Shown: positions 7,687-15,881 of the stretch, one piece after another | Position numbering within the stretch: the stretch's first letter is position 1 | Layout: every line of letters begins with the position of its first letter | Origin: Thermoanaerobaculia bacterium | Lineage (GTDB): Bacteria > Acidobacteriota > Thermoanaerobaculia > Multivoradales > UBA5704 | Length of the DNA stretch: 17,699 nucleotides | Assembly (NCBI GenBank): GCA_044226625.1 | Contig: JBGAGQ010000094.1 | Span: 1-17,699 of the forward strand | Direction: 5' to 3' | Notes under the pieces: generated by a model | What the model saw: only the letters and a program-made list of their open reading frames with translations | Databases searched by the model: none | What the model was told of the DNA's origin: nothing | Translations under genes and position numbers: made by a program

Positions 7687-9087
7687 TCACTGGACGTATC
7701 CGAGAGCTTTCAGGCGTTCGACGCTTTCCGGGTCGACGTCCGCGGGCAGGTCGTCGCTCGCGGCGAGGCCGGCGCGAACCTCCGCGAGCCACCGGAGCAG
7801 CTCGGGAGAGGGTGTGAGGGGCGGGTTTCGGCGCGCCTCTCCTGGATCGGCGCCCAGGTCGAAGGCTCGGGCCTGGAGCTTTCCTGGGTGATCGACGCGC
7901 AGGACCTCCTTGCGCCTGGCGTCGAGCGCCCCCACCTCGAGGAGGCCGCGCCGACGGGCGTGGTGCGCCTCGTCGCGGGTTAGCACGGCACCGCGATGCG
8001 CCTGGTGCCAGGTCGTGCGGCGCGGGGGCTCCTCGCCGCGCAGGAGGACTCCCGACCAATCGAAGCCGCGGAAAGCGGACGGGACCGGTAGGCCGATCAG
8101 GCCCAAGACGGTGGGTGCAAGGTCGAGCTGGGTCGCGGCCGTAGCGATCGTCCGCGGGCGGGCCGCGCCGAGCTTTCCGGGCCACGAGATGCCCATCGGA
8201 ATCCGCAAAGCGGGCTCGTAGAGATCGCGGCCGTGGCCCCAGACGCCCCTTTCGCCGAGGCTTTCGCCATGATCGGCCAGGAAGATCACGAGGGTCTCGG
8301 CGGTGAGGCCCGCCTCCCGGTCGAGCGCCGCGAGCAGGCGCCCGACGTGATGGTCGACGAAGGCGATCTCCGAGTCGTATCGATCGCCTCGGCTCACCTC
8401 CCCGCGCGCCGCGGTCCGCACGAGGCCCAGCGGCGCGAGAAACTCCTTCTGCAGGCGATAGGGCGCGTGCGGCTCGACGTAGTGGACCCAGAGGAGGAAT
8501 GGATGGCCGCGCCGCTGCTCGGCGAGCCAGGCGAGCGCTTCGGCGGTGAGATCTTCCGCCGTCGCCTCTCCCTTGAACAGGCCCAGCCACCGTTTGCGGG
8601 TGAGGATCTCCCGGTACTCTCCGAAATGTTCTCCGAGCCCGGAGATTCGATTCGTGAGAGGCCACCCGCCGACCATCGCCGCGGTTCGGTACCCTCGCCG
8701 GCGGAGGACACCAGAGAGCGAAGCGAGGCCCGGGCGGAGCCGCAGGCCGTTCCTGGTGGCCCCGTGTTGATGGGGGTAGAGGGAGGTCCAGAGCGAGCAC
8801 ATCGCGGGGTTGGTCAGCGGTTCGACCGTATGCGCCGTCTCGAACCGCACCCCCGAGGCGAGCAGACGATCGATCGCCGGGCTGATCGGCCGGCGATAGC
8901 CGTACGCCGAGAGCCGGTCCGCCCGCAGGGTGTCGATCGAGATCACCAGGACGTTCGGAAACCTCTGCTCGGCCGGCGGCTCTTCGGGGAACCCGACGTC
9001 CGGTAGCGCCATGCCTAGCCCGGCCGCGAGGAGCATCGCGGGCAAGACCGCGAGCGGGGGCGGAGCGGAAGTCGGCCGGCGTATCAC
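7687..9087 (-). CDS. Sulfatase-like (alkaline phosphatase superfamily) exported hydrolase/transferase
   Basis: PNVLVISIDTLRAD, LYPHQHG, GYRT, WVHYVEPHAPY, YDSEIAFVD, ADHGE, HG..LY...LRIP, DLAPT, C-terminal ERLKALGYV, and a hydrophobic N-terminus. Start is GTG 9087 or a downstream ATG. Confidence 0.88.
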   Translation of the reverse strand: MIRRPTSAPPPLAVLPAMLLAAGLGMALPDVGFPEEPPAEQRFPNVLVISIDTLRADRLSAYGYRRPISPAIDRLLASGVRFETAHTVEPLTNPAMCSLWTSLYPHQHGATRNGLRLRPGLASLSGVLRRRGYRTAAMVGGWPLTNRISGLGEHFGEYREILTRKRWLGLFKGEATAEDLTAEALAWLAEQRRGHPFLLWVHYVEPHAPYRLQKEFLAPLGLVRTAARGEVSRGDRYDSEIAFVDHHVGRLLAALDREAGLTAETLVIFLADHGESLGERGVWGHGRDLYEPALRIPMGISWPGKLGAARPRTIATAATQLDLAPTVLGLIGLPVPSAFRGFDWSGVLLRGEEPPRRTTWHQAHRGAVLTRDEAHHARRRGLLEVGALDARRKEVLRVDHPGKLQARAFDLGADPGEARRNPPLTPSPELLRWLAEVRAGLAASDDLPADVDPESVERLKALGYVQ

Positions 9088-9093
9088 GCCCTT

Positions 9094-9103
9094 ACGCTAC
9101 ACT
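9094..9103. promoter_or_regulatory. Bidirectional overlapping -10 elements (AnnnTAnnnT)
   Basis: ACGCTACACT: plus-strand TACACT (9098-9103) lies 7 nt before ATG 9111. Minus-strand TAGCGT (9099-9094) lies 6 nt before GTG 9087. Confidence 0.55.
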
Positions 9104-9110
9104 TCGCGCG

Positions 9111-9941
9111 ATGTCTTCCGAAACCGTCGGCCCGACCTCCTCCACACCGGATCCGAAGTGGGGCAAGGCGACGGCGGACCGGGAGGAGATCCGTTTCCTC
9201 GAGGGGCCCCGCTCGCGCAGCTCCGAGCTCGCCCGGGTCTTCCGCATCATGACCGAGCTGATCCGCGGTTTTCGCGGCCTGCATTTCGTCGGCCCGTGCG
9301 TCACCATCTTCGGCTCGGCACGGTTCCCCGAGAGCCACCCGTTCTACGCCCTGGGTCGGCAGATGGGCGCCTCGATCGCGCGGGCTGGCTTCACCGTGAT
9401 GACGGGCGGAGGACCGGGGATCATGGAGGCTGCCAACCGCGGCGCCAAAGACGTGGGGGGCCGGTCGATCGGTTGCAACATCGTCCTGCCGCACGAGCAG
9501 AAGCCGAACCCCTTTCTCGACCGCTTTCTCGAGTTCCGCTACTTCTTCGTCCGCAAGGTCATGCTGGTCAAATATTCATACGCCTTCGTCGCGCTGCCGG
9601 GCGGCTTCGGCACGATGGACGAGATGTACGAGTGCCTGACGTTGATCCAGACCGGCAAGATCCGCGATTTCCCGGTCGTCCTCCTCGGGGTCGAGTTCTG
9701 GCGGCCGATGGTCGAGTTCCTGCGCGACACGATGGTACCGGCCGGAACGATCGCCCCCGAAGATCTCGCCCGCATCACGCTCACCGACTCGGTCGACGAC
9801 GCGGTCGCCGAGATCCTCAAGGCGGGCACCGGCGAGTTCGGCCTCGTGCCCGAGAAGAAGAGGCCCCGGCGCAGCTGGTTCCTCGGCGAACGCGCGATGC
9901 CGGAAACGGCCGACAGCCTCGCCCGGCGGATCCCTTCCTAG
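9111..9941 (+). CDS. LOG family nucleotide phosphoribohydrolase (TIGR00730-type Rossmann fold protein)
   Basis: VTIFGSAR, TGGGPGIMEAANRGA, LPHEQKPN, FRYFFVRKVMLVKYS, and the signature PGGFGTMDE. Confidence 0.92.
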   Translation: MSSETVGPTSSTPDPKWGKATADREEIRFLEGPRSRSSELARVFRIMTELIRGFRGLHFVGPCVTIFGSARFPESHPFYALGRQMGASIARAGFTVMTGGGPGIMEAANRGAKDVGGRSIGCNIVLPHEQKPNPFLDRFLEFRYFFVRKVMLVKYSYAFVALPGGFGTMDEMYECLTLIQTGKIRDFPVVLLGVEFWRPMVEFLRDTMVPAGTIAPEDLARITLTDSVDDAVAEILKAGTGEFGLVPEKKRPRRSWFLGERAMPETADSLARRIPS

Positions 9942-9968
9942 CGAGAGAACGCCTCCGGCGGGCCGGTC

Positions 9969-11297
9969 TCAGAGCATCTTGCTCGCGAGGTTCGCGAGCT
10001 CCGAGCGCTCTCCCTTGTCCAGATTCACGTGGGCGTAGAGCGGCTGTCCCTTGATCCGGTCGATCAGGTAGGAGAGGCCGTTCGAATGCGCGTCGAGGTA
10101 GGGGGTATCGATCTGGTAGATGTCCCCCGTGAGCACGATCTTCGTATTCTCCCCCGCCCGGGTGATGATCGTCTTGACCTCGTGAGGCGTTAGGTTTTGC
10201 GCCTCGTCGACGACGAAGATCACGTTGGAAAAGCTCCGGCCCCGGATGTAGGCGAGCGGCACGACGTGGAGCTTTTCCTGCTCGATCAGCTCATCCACCC
10301 GTTTGAAATCCCGGTCGCGCTCGCCGAACTGGTTCTTGATGATCCCGAGGTTGTCCCAGAGCGGCTGCATGTAGGGGTCGATCTTCGACTTGATGTCGCC
10401 CGGCAGGAAGCCGAGGTCGCGGTTCGACAGCGGCACCACCGGCCGCGCGACGTAGATCTGCCGGAACTGTCGCCGCTGCTCGAGCGCGCCGGCGAGAGCG
10501 ATCAGCGTCTTGCCCGTGCCGGCCGGTCCGCTGATCGTCACCAAGGGCACCTCGGGGTTCAACACCGCGTGGAGCGCGAAGGTCTGCTCGGCGTTCCGCG
10601 GCGAGACGCCGTAGGCCTGTGCCTTGTGGACGCGCTCCAGCCGATCGGTCTTCGGGTTGTAGGTCGCGAGTGCGGAGCTCGTGCTCGACCGGAGGATGAA
10701 GTACTGGTGGGCGACCGGCGCGGTCTGGAGCACCTCGCCGACCGGCAGGGAGTCGGTCTGGTAGAAGCGGTCGATCAGGGCGGAATCGCCTACCTCGACC
10801 TCCTCCTTGCCCGTGTAGAGGTGGGCGAGGTCCTTGATCCGGACCGTTTCGTAATCCTCGGCCTCGAGATTGAGCGCCCGGGCTTTGAGTCGGAGGTTGA
10901 CGTCTTTCGAGACCAGGATCACCCGCCGCCCGAGCTCGCTCTTGGTGAGCGCGAGAACCGTGTTCAGGATCCGATGGTCGGCCTTTCGTGAGCCGAAGAC
11001 GGCGCCCGCGTCGACGTCCGCGTCCTCTTCCGTGATCACGCGGAACCGACCGCGCGCGGTGCCGTCGAGCGGGATCCAAGACTGGAGCAGGTTGTGCTCG
11101 GACAGACGGTCGAGCTCGCGGATGAACTCGCGCGCCTGGAGGTTCAGGACCGAGTTGCCTTTTTTGAAACCGTCGAGCTCTTCGAGCACCGCGATCGGCA
11201 GCGCGACGTCGTGTTCCTGGAAATTTTGTAGGGCGGTGAAATCGTAGAGGACGACGGAGGTATCGAGAACGAAGATCTTGCGCGCGGCGTCGGACAT
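9969..11297 (-). CDS. PhoH2/YlaK-like protein: N-terminal PIN domain plus PhoH ATPase
   Basis: PIN motifs VLDTSV, VLEELD, DHRIL, VSKDVNLR. PhoH motifs PRNAEQ, Walker A GPAGTGKT, LGFLPG, YIRGRS, DEAQN, TGDIYQID, ERSELA. Confidence 0.93.
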   Translation of the reverse strand: MSDAARKIFVLDTSVVLYDFTALQNFQEHDVALPIAVLEELDGFKKGNSVLNLQAREFIRELDRLSEHNLLQSWIPLDGTARGRFRVITEEDADVDAGAVFGSRKADHRILNTVLALTKSELGRRVILVSKDVNLRLKARALNLEAEDYETVRIKDLAHLYTGKEEVEVGDSALIDRFYQTDSLPVGEVLQTAPVAHQYFILRSSTSSALATYNPKTDRLERVHKAQAYGVSPRNAEQTFALHAVLNPEVPLVTISGPAGTGKTLIALAGALEQRRQFRQIYVARPVVPLSNRDLGFLPGDIKSKIDPYMQPLWDNLGIIKNQFGERDRDFKRVDELIEQEKLHVVPLAYIRGRSFSNVIFVVDEAQNLTPHEVKTIITRAGENTKIVLTGDIYQIDTPYLDAHSNGLSYLIDRIKGQPLYAHVNLDKGERSELANLASKML

Positions 11298-11378
11298 GAG
11301 GGGCGAGGTTCCTCCCGATGCGATGTCCCCAAGGCTAACGCACGGGGACGGTTCGCGCCACCGGACCGGCTTCGGCGT

Positions 11379-11777
11379 CTAACCGCTCACCGACAGCACG
11401 TAGGCCACGAGGTCCCAGGTCTCCTCGTCCGAGAACGAAGGCCAGGCGGGCATCGGCGTACCGTGGACGCCTTCGCGGATGACGAAGAAGGTCCGCCGCG
11501 GCGTCGCCTCGGCGCGCCAAGATCGGTTGGTGAAATCGGCCGGTCGAACGGAGAGGATGTGGCGCGGTCTCTGGCCGTCGGCGTTCTCGCCGTGGCAGAT
11601 CGCGCAATGGACGAGGTAGAGACGGCGGCCCGAGGCGCGGGCCTGGGACGAGGCGAGGCGCGCCTTTGGGATCGGGAGGCCGCGATAGCGCGTCGGGAGC
11701 TGACGGTCCGGGTCTTTACAGCCAAAGGCCAGGAGCAACCATCCGACCGCGAGCGCCGAACGCCACCGAAGATTCAT
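11379..11777 (-). CDS. Monoheme c-type cytochrome, possibly a lipoprotein
   Basis: CAICH heme-binding motif, distal Met in GTPMPAW, C-terminal helix EETWDLVAYV. The signal sequence ends LLLAFG-C (imperfect lipobox). Confidence 0.85.
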   Translation of the reverse strand: MNLRWRSALAVGWLLLAFGCKDPDRQLPTRYRGLPIPKARLASSQARASGRRLYLVHCAICHGENADGQRPRHILSVRPADFTNRSWRAEATPRRTFFVIREGVHGTPMPAWPSFSDEETWDLVAYVLSVSG

Positions 11778-12276
11778 CGTTCGCTCTGTTCTCTTTCGGC
11801 CGGAACGGGAATCCGAGCCGGCCGGCCTCTTCGAGCACCGCCGCCACCAGATCTTCGATTCGCGCCTCGACCGCTTCGGTGCGCGAGACCGACAGCGCGA
11901 GCGAGTCGGGCACCAGGCCGACGAGGATCAGCCGCTCCGGGAGTCTACCGAGCAATCTGAGCCCGTCGATCAGGTCGGCCACCCCCACCTGATGCGGCGA
12001 AAGACGGTCCCGAACGGCGGGCGCCACCTCGTCCCCCTCCAAGCGGACCAGTGTGCCGGGCGGGCCGTCGGATCGAATCGCGTCCACCAAGATCGCTTGG
12101 TCGACCGAGCCGAGGTAGGGGAGGAGCGAGAGACCGAGCGTACCTCCGTCGAGCACGCGGGCGCCGATCGGCGCTTCGAAAGAACGGTCGATGCGATGGA
12201 CGGCCTCGACGCCGAGGCCGTCGTCGCCGCAGATCAGGTTGCCGAGACCGAGGATCAAGAGGGAGTCGTTGGGCAC
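11716..12276 (-). CDS. hyaD: Hydrogenase maturation endopeptidase (HyaD/HupD/HybD family)
   Basis: LILGLGNLICGDDGLG, LDGGTLG, ILVDAI, SPHQVG. GTG start is preceded by AAAGG. It follows the cytochrome b gene. Confidence 0.92.
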   Translation of the reverse strand: MPNDSLLILGLGNLICGDDGLGVEAVHRIDRSFEAPIGARVLDGGTLGLSLLPYLGSVDQAILVDAIRSDGPPGTLVRLEGDEVAPAVRDRLSPHQVGVADLIDGLRLLGRLPERLILVGLVPDSLALSVSRTEAVEARIEDLVAAVLEEAGRLGFPFRPKENRANDESSVAFGARGRMVAPGLWL

Positions 12277-12289
12277 GGGCGCCTTTCGC

Positions 12290-13045
12290 TCATCCGCCCT
12301 GCTCGGTGCCGCGGTCGATGAACCGGTAGCCCGAGTAGACGAGGTCTTCCTGCGGTACGAACTTGTAACCGGAGAAGATCGATTCGACCGTCGCGTTCGC
12401 CTCGACCTGGGACATCATGATCGCGCTGTAGACGTGATGCACTCCGAAGGCCCAGAGGAACCACATGACGACGTGGTGGATGAACCGCGCCGTCTGCAGG
12501 CCGCCGAACAGCGGCAGCAGCGAGGCGAATCCCTTGACCGGCGAGGAGAGCGCCGCCGACGAGGCGTAGAGCGCGAGGCCGGTCGCGATCTGGGTCAGGA
12601 ACGCGAGGAAGACGACGGTGTAGAAAACTCCCGCGAGCGGGTTGTGGCCGACGAAGCCGGGAGGCTTTCGCAGGCGGAAGAGGTAGTACTTGAGCGTCGG
12701 CGCGAGGCCCTCGCGGCGCGGTTTGTGGATGGGAAGAAACTTGTCCCAGCGGGCGTACTTGTTGCCGACGAACATCCAGGCGATCCGCGACAGGACCGAG
12801 AGGGACAGCGCGATCGCGGCGTAGTAGTGGAGCAGTTTCGCCCAACCCATCACGAAGCTCTGGCCTGCCGGGCCGGGGACCGCGAGCATCGGTCGCCCCA
12901 TATAGATGCCGGTGAGCGACAAAACCAGCAGCGCACCGACGTTCAGCCAGTGCGTTGCCCGCACCGGCCACTCCCAGACGTAGACGCTCGCGAGGCGCGG
13001 CAGGTCGCTCGCTTGAGGGAGGGGGCGGACGGCCTGCGCGTTCAT
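12290..13045 (-). CDS. hyaC: Ni/Fe-hydrogenase b-type cytochrome subunit
   Basis: VYVWEWPVRATHW, LLHYY, GHNPLA, RFIHHVVMW, HHVY, SIFSGYK, and four TM segments. ATG 13045 overlaps the large-subunit stop (ATGA). Confidence 0.93.
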   Translation of the reverse strand: MNAQAVRPLPQASDLPRLASVYVWEWPVRATHWLNVGALLVLSLTGIYMGRPMLAVPGPAGQSFVMGWAKLLHYYAAIALSLSVLSRIAWMFVGNKYARWDKFLPIHKPRREGLAPTLKYYLFRLRKPPGFVGHNPLAGVFYTVVFLAFLTQIATGLALYASSAALSSPVKGFASLLPLFGGLQTARFIHHVVMWFLWAFGVHHVYSAIMMSQVEANATVESIFSGYKFVPQEDLVYSGYRFIDRGTEQGG

Positions 13046-14748
13046 GACGCCCTCACGATCGAGACTTCGCGCCCTCTGGCGTCGACCACGTGGACGCCGC
13101 AGGCCATGCACGGATCGAACGAGTGGACCGTGCGCAGGATCTCGAGGGGCTGCTCGGGGTCGGCGACGGGCGTGTTGAGGAGCGCTTCCTCGTAGGGACC
13201 CCGCTTGCCCGCGCCGTCGCGTGGCCCGGCGTTCCAAGTCGACGGGACGATGCACTGGTAGTTGGCGATCACGCCGTCGCGGATGTGCACCCAGTGACCG
13301 AGCGCGCCGCGCGGCGCCTCGTGGAATCCCGCACCGGTCGCTTCCTTGGGCCACGACGACGGATCCCATTTCGAGTTGTCGTGGATCGCGAGATTGCCGG
13401 CGCCGACGTTGCCCGCGAGCTCGTCGAGCCATCCGGTCATCTTTTCGGCGAGCACCACGGTTTCGATGCCGCGCGAGGCCACCCGGCCGAGCGTCGAGAA
13501 GAGCGCCGTCGCGGGGACGCCGAGGTGATTGAGGGCGAAGTCGACCAGCTCCTTGACCCGCGCGTTGCCGGAAACGTAGGCGACCAGCATGCGGGAGAGC
13601 GGCCCCACCTCCATCGGCTCGCCGTCGTAGCGCGGCGACTTGAGCCACGAGTACTTGCCGTCGGTGTTCAGGCGCTCGTAGGGCGGCTCCGGTCCCGTGT
13701 AGTTCGGCTTGGTCTCGCCGTCGAACGGATGGAGCGGTTGGTCGTCCCCCTTCTCGTAGCCGTACCAGGAGTGGGTAACGACCTCGGTGATCTTCGCCGG
13801 ATCGAGCGGCTCGACTTTCGACAGATCGCGCCCCCGGATGATTCCGCGCGGCAGGTAGAGCGGCGAATCGGGCTGATCGACCTCCGGGTATTCCCCATAG
13901 GCCATGTAGTTGCCGACCCCGGAGCCGTGGCCCGCCCAGTCCTTGTAGAACGAGGCGACGGCGAGCAGGTCGGGCAGGTACACCTTGGTGACGAAATCCT
14001 TCGCCTTCGCGACCATGTCGCGCAGGCCTTGGATCGAGGTCATGTTGATCGCCGCCTGGCTGTCGAGATCGACCGGGGTCGCCATGCCGCCGACGAGGAA
14101 GCTCTGGAGGTGCGGGTTCTTACCGCCCAGCACCGCGTGGATGCGGATGAACTCCCGCTGCCAATCGAGCGCCTCCAGGTAGTGGGCCACCGCCATCAGG
14201 TTCGCCTCGGCGGGGAGCCGGAACGCCGGATGCCCCCAGTAGGCGTTGGCGAACGGCCCGAGCTGGCCGCGTTCGACGAAATCCTTGATCCGCTTCTGCA
14301 CCGCCGCGAAGTACTTGGTGCTCGACAGAGGCCAGTCGGAGATCGACTCGGCGAGAGCCGAGGTCTGCTTCGGATCGGCCGAGAGCGCCGAGACGATGTC
14401 CACCCAGTCGAGCGCGTGCAGGTGGTAGAAATGGATCACGTGGTCCTGGACCATCTGCGCCGACATCACCAGATTGCGCAACAGGCGGGCGTTCGGTGGC
14501 GGAACGGCGCCGATCGCGGCCTCGACCGCGCGGATCGACGCGATCGCGTGGACCGTCGTGCAAACGCCGCAGATCCGCTGGGTGAACGCCCAGGCGTCGC
14601 GCGGATCCCGCCCTTTGAGGATGATCTCGATCCCTCGGAACATGGTCGACGACGACCAAGCGTCCTTGACGACGCCGCCGTCGACCTCGGCCTCGATCCG
14701 CAGGTGCCCCTCGATCCGGGTGACCGGATCGACGACGACGTAGGTCAT
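13042..14748 (-). CDS. hyaB: Group 1 [NiFe]-hydrogenase large subunit
   Basis: DPVTRIEGHL, L1 motif QRICGVCTTVH, HFYHLHALDW, GGKNPH, EAPRGALGHW, VPSTWN, L2 motif SFDPCMACGVH followed by a 15-residue cleavable tail. Confidence 0.97.
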   Translation of the reverse strand: MTYVVVDPVTRIEGHLRIEAEVDGGVVKDAWSSSTMFRGIEIILKGRDPRDAWAFTQRICGVCTTVHAIASIRAVEAAIGAVPPPNARLLRNLVMSAQMVQDHVIHFYHLHALDWVDIVSALSADPKQTSALAESISDWPLSSTKYFAAVQKRIKDFVERGQLGPFANAYWGHPAFRLPAEANLMAVAHYLEALDWQREFIRIHAVLGGKNPHLQSFLVGGMATPVDLDSQAAINMTSIQGLRDMVAKAKDFVTKVYLPDLLAVASFYKDWAGHGSGVGNYMAYGEYPEVDQPDSPLYLPRGIIRGRDLSKVEPLDPAKITEVVTHSWYGYEKGDDQPLHPFDGETKPNYTGPEPPYERLNTDGKYSWLKSPRYDGEPMEVGPLSRMLVAYVSGNARVKELVDFALNHLGVPATALFSTLGRVASRGIETVVLAEKMTGWLDELAGNVGAGNLAIHDNSKWDPSSWPKEATGAGFHEAPRGALGHWVHIRDGVIANYQCIVPSTWNAGPRDGAGKRGPYEEALLNTPVADPEQPLEILRTVHSFDPCMACGVHVVDARGREVSIVRAS

Positions 14749-15881
14749 GACCGTTCTCCTTTCGGCGCCTCAGACGCTGGAGGAGCCGGTACGGCCGCCG
14801 GTTGGAACCGCGCGTCGTGCCGCCGCTTGCCGAGCTGCACGAGGCCATGGGCCGCGAAGGCGGCGGCGACGCCGGCGGTCGCGATCAGACCGACGCGATC
14901 GACGTTCGAGTGGAGGCCGAATCCGGGGATGCCTTCGAGATGGGCGTAGAAGGGCGTCATCTTGTCCCAGAAGTCCGGCTCGGCACAGCCGATGCACGGA
15001 TGACCGCAGCCGATTGGCCAATTGGTTCCGGAGTTCCAACCGATGCTCGGGCAGTTCTGGTGCGTGACCGGCCCCTTGCATCCGACCTTGTACAGGCAAT
15101 ATCCGTAGCGATGCCCGTCGTCGCCCCAGTTTTCGACGTACTGACCGGCGTCGAAATGCGCGCGCCGCTCGCAGTTGTCATGGATCGTCTTGCCGTAGGC
15201 GAACAGCGGACGATGGTAGGAGTCGAGCTCGGGCCAGCGGTTGTAAGTGAGGAAGTAGACGATCAGGGCGGCGAGGTTCTCGCCGTTGGCGGGGCAGGCG
15301 GGCAGATTGATCAGATTCTTGAGTCCGGGCACGGCATCCCGCACCGAGAGCGCCTGGGTCGGGTTGGGCGCCGCGGCGGGGATGCCGCCGAACGAGGCGC
15401 AGGTGCCGATCGCGATCGTCGCCGCGGCACGGCTGCAGACCTCGCGCGCGATCGAGAGCGCGCTCTTGCCGCCGACCGTGCAGTAGGCGCCGCCGGCTCC
15501 CGTGGGGATCGACCCTTCGACCACGACTAGATATTCGCCCGGATGGTCGGCAACGGTCTTGTCGAGGGCAGCCACAGCTTGATGTCCAGCCGCCGCCATG
15601 ATCGTCTCGTGGTAATCGACCGAGATCGAATCGAGGATGATGTCGGCCACCGTCGGACGCCCGGCGCGGAGGAACGACTCGGTGTTTCCGGCGCAATCTT
15701 GGAATTCGAGCCAAACGAGGATGGGTTTCTTCTGGGTCTCCAAGGCCTTGGCGATCTGCGCGCCCGCCGCTTTGGGCAAGGCGAGGGCGGACGTGACCAC
15801 CGCGCAAAAGCTCAAAAACTCGCGTCGTGAGACCCCGCGACGCTTCAATTCGCCGGCCAACCAGCTCTCGGATCGAGCCAT
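14745..15881 (-). CDS. hyaA: Group 1 [NiFe]-hydrogenase small subunit with Tat signal and C-terminal membrane anchor
   Basis: Tat motif SRREFLSF, QDCAGNTES, GTCASFGG, PACP, HDNCERR, CLYKVGCKGP, NCP...WPIGCGHPCIGC, and a C-terminal hydrophobic helix ending in His (AAFAAHG). Confidence 0.97.
   Translation of the reverse strand: MARSESWLAGELKRRGVSRREFLSFCAVVTSALALPKAAGAQIAKALETQKKPILVWLEFQDCAGNTESFLRAGRPTVADIILDSISVDYHETIMAAAGHQAVAALDKTVADHPGEYLVVVEGSIPTGAGGAYCTVGGKSALSIAREVCSRAAATIAIGTCASFGGIPAAAPNPTQALSVRDAVPGLKNLINLPACPANGENLAALIVYFLTYNRWPELDSYHRPLFAYGKTIHDNCERRAHFDAGQYVENWGDDGHRYGYCLYKVGCKGPVTHQNCPSIGWNSGTNWPIGCGHPCIGCAEPDFWDKMTPFYAHLEGIPGFGLHSNVDRVGLIATAGVAAAFAAHGLVQLGKRRHDARFQPAAVPAPPASEAPKGERS

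Noticed and set aside
12290-13648. 452-aa extended cytochrome b as given in the ORF track
   Set aside because: The first ~200 aa overlap the large subunit out of frame. The real start is ATG 13045 at the ATGA junction.
14745-15881. O2-tolerant group 1d (6-Cys 4Fe-3S) hydrogenase, or a NiFeSe enzyme
   Set aside because: Both supernumerary cysteines are absent (CAGN, CASFGG). The large-subunit L2 motif DPCMAC has Cys codons and no in-frame TGA.
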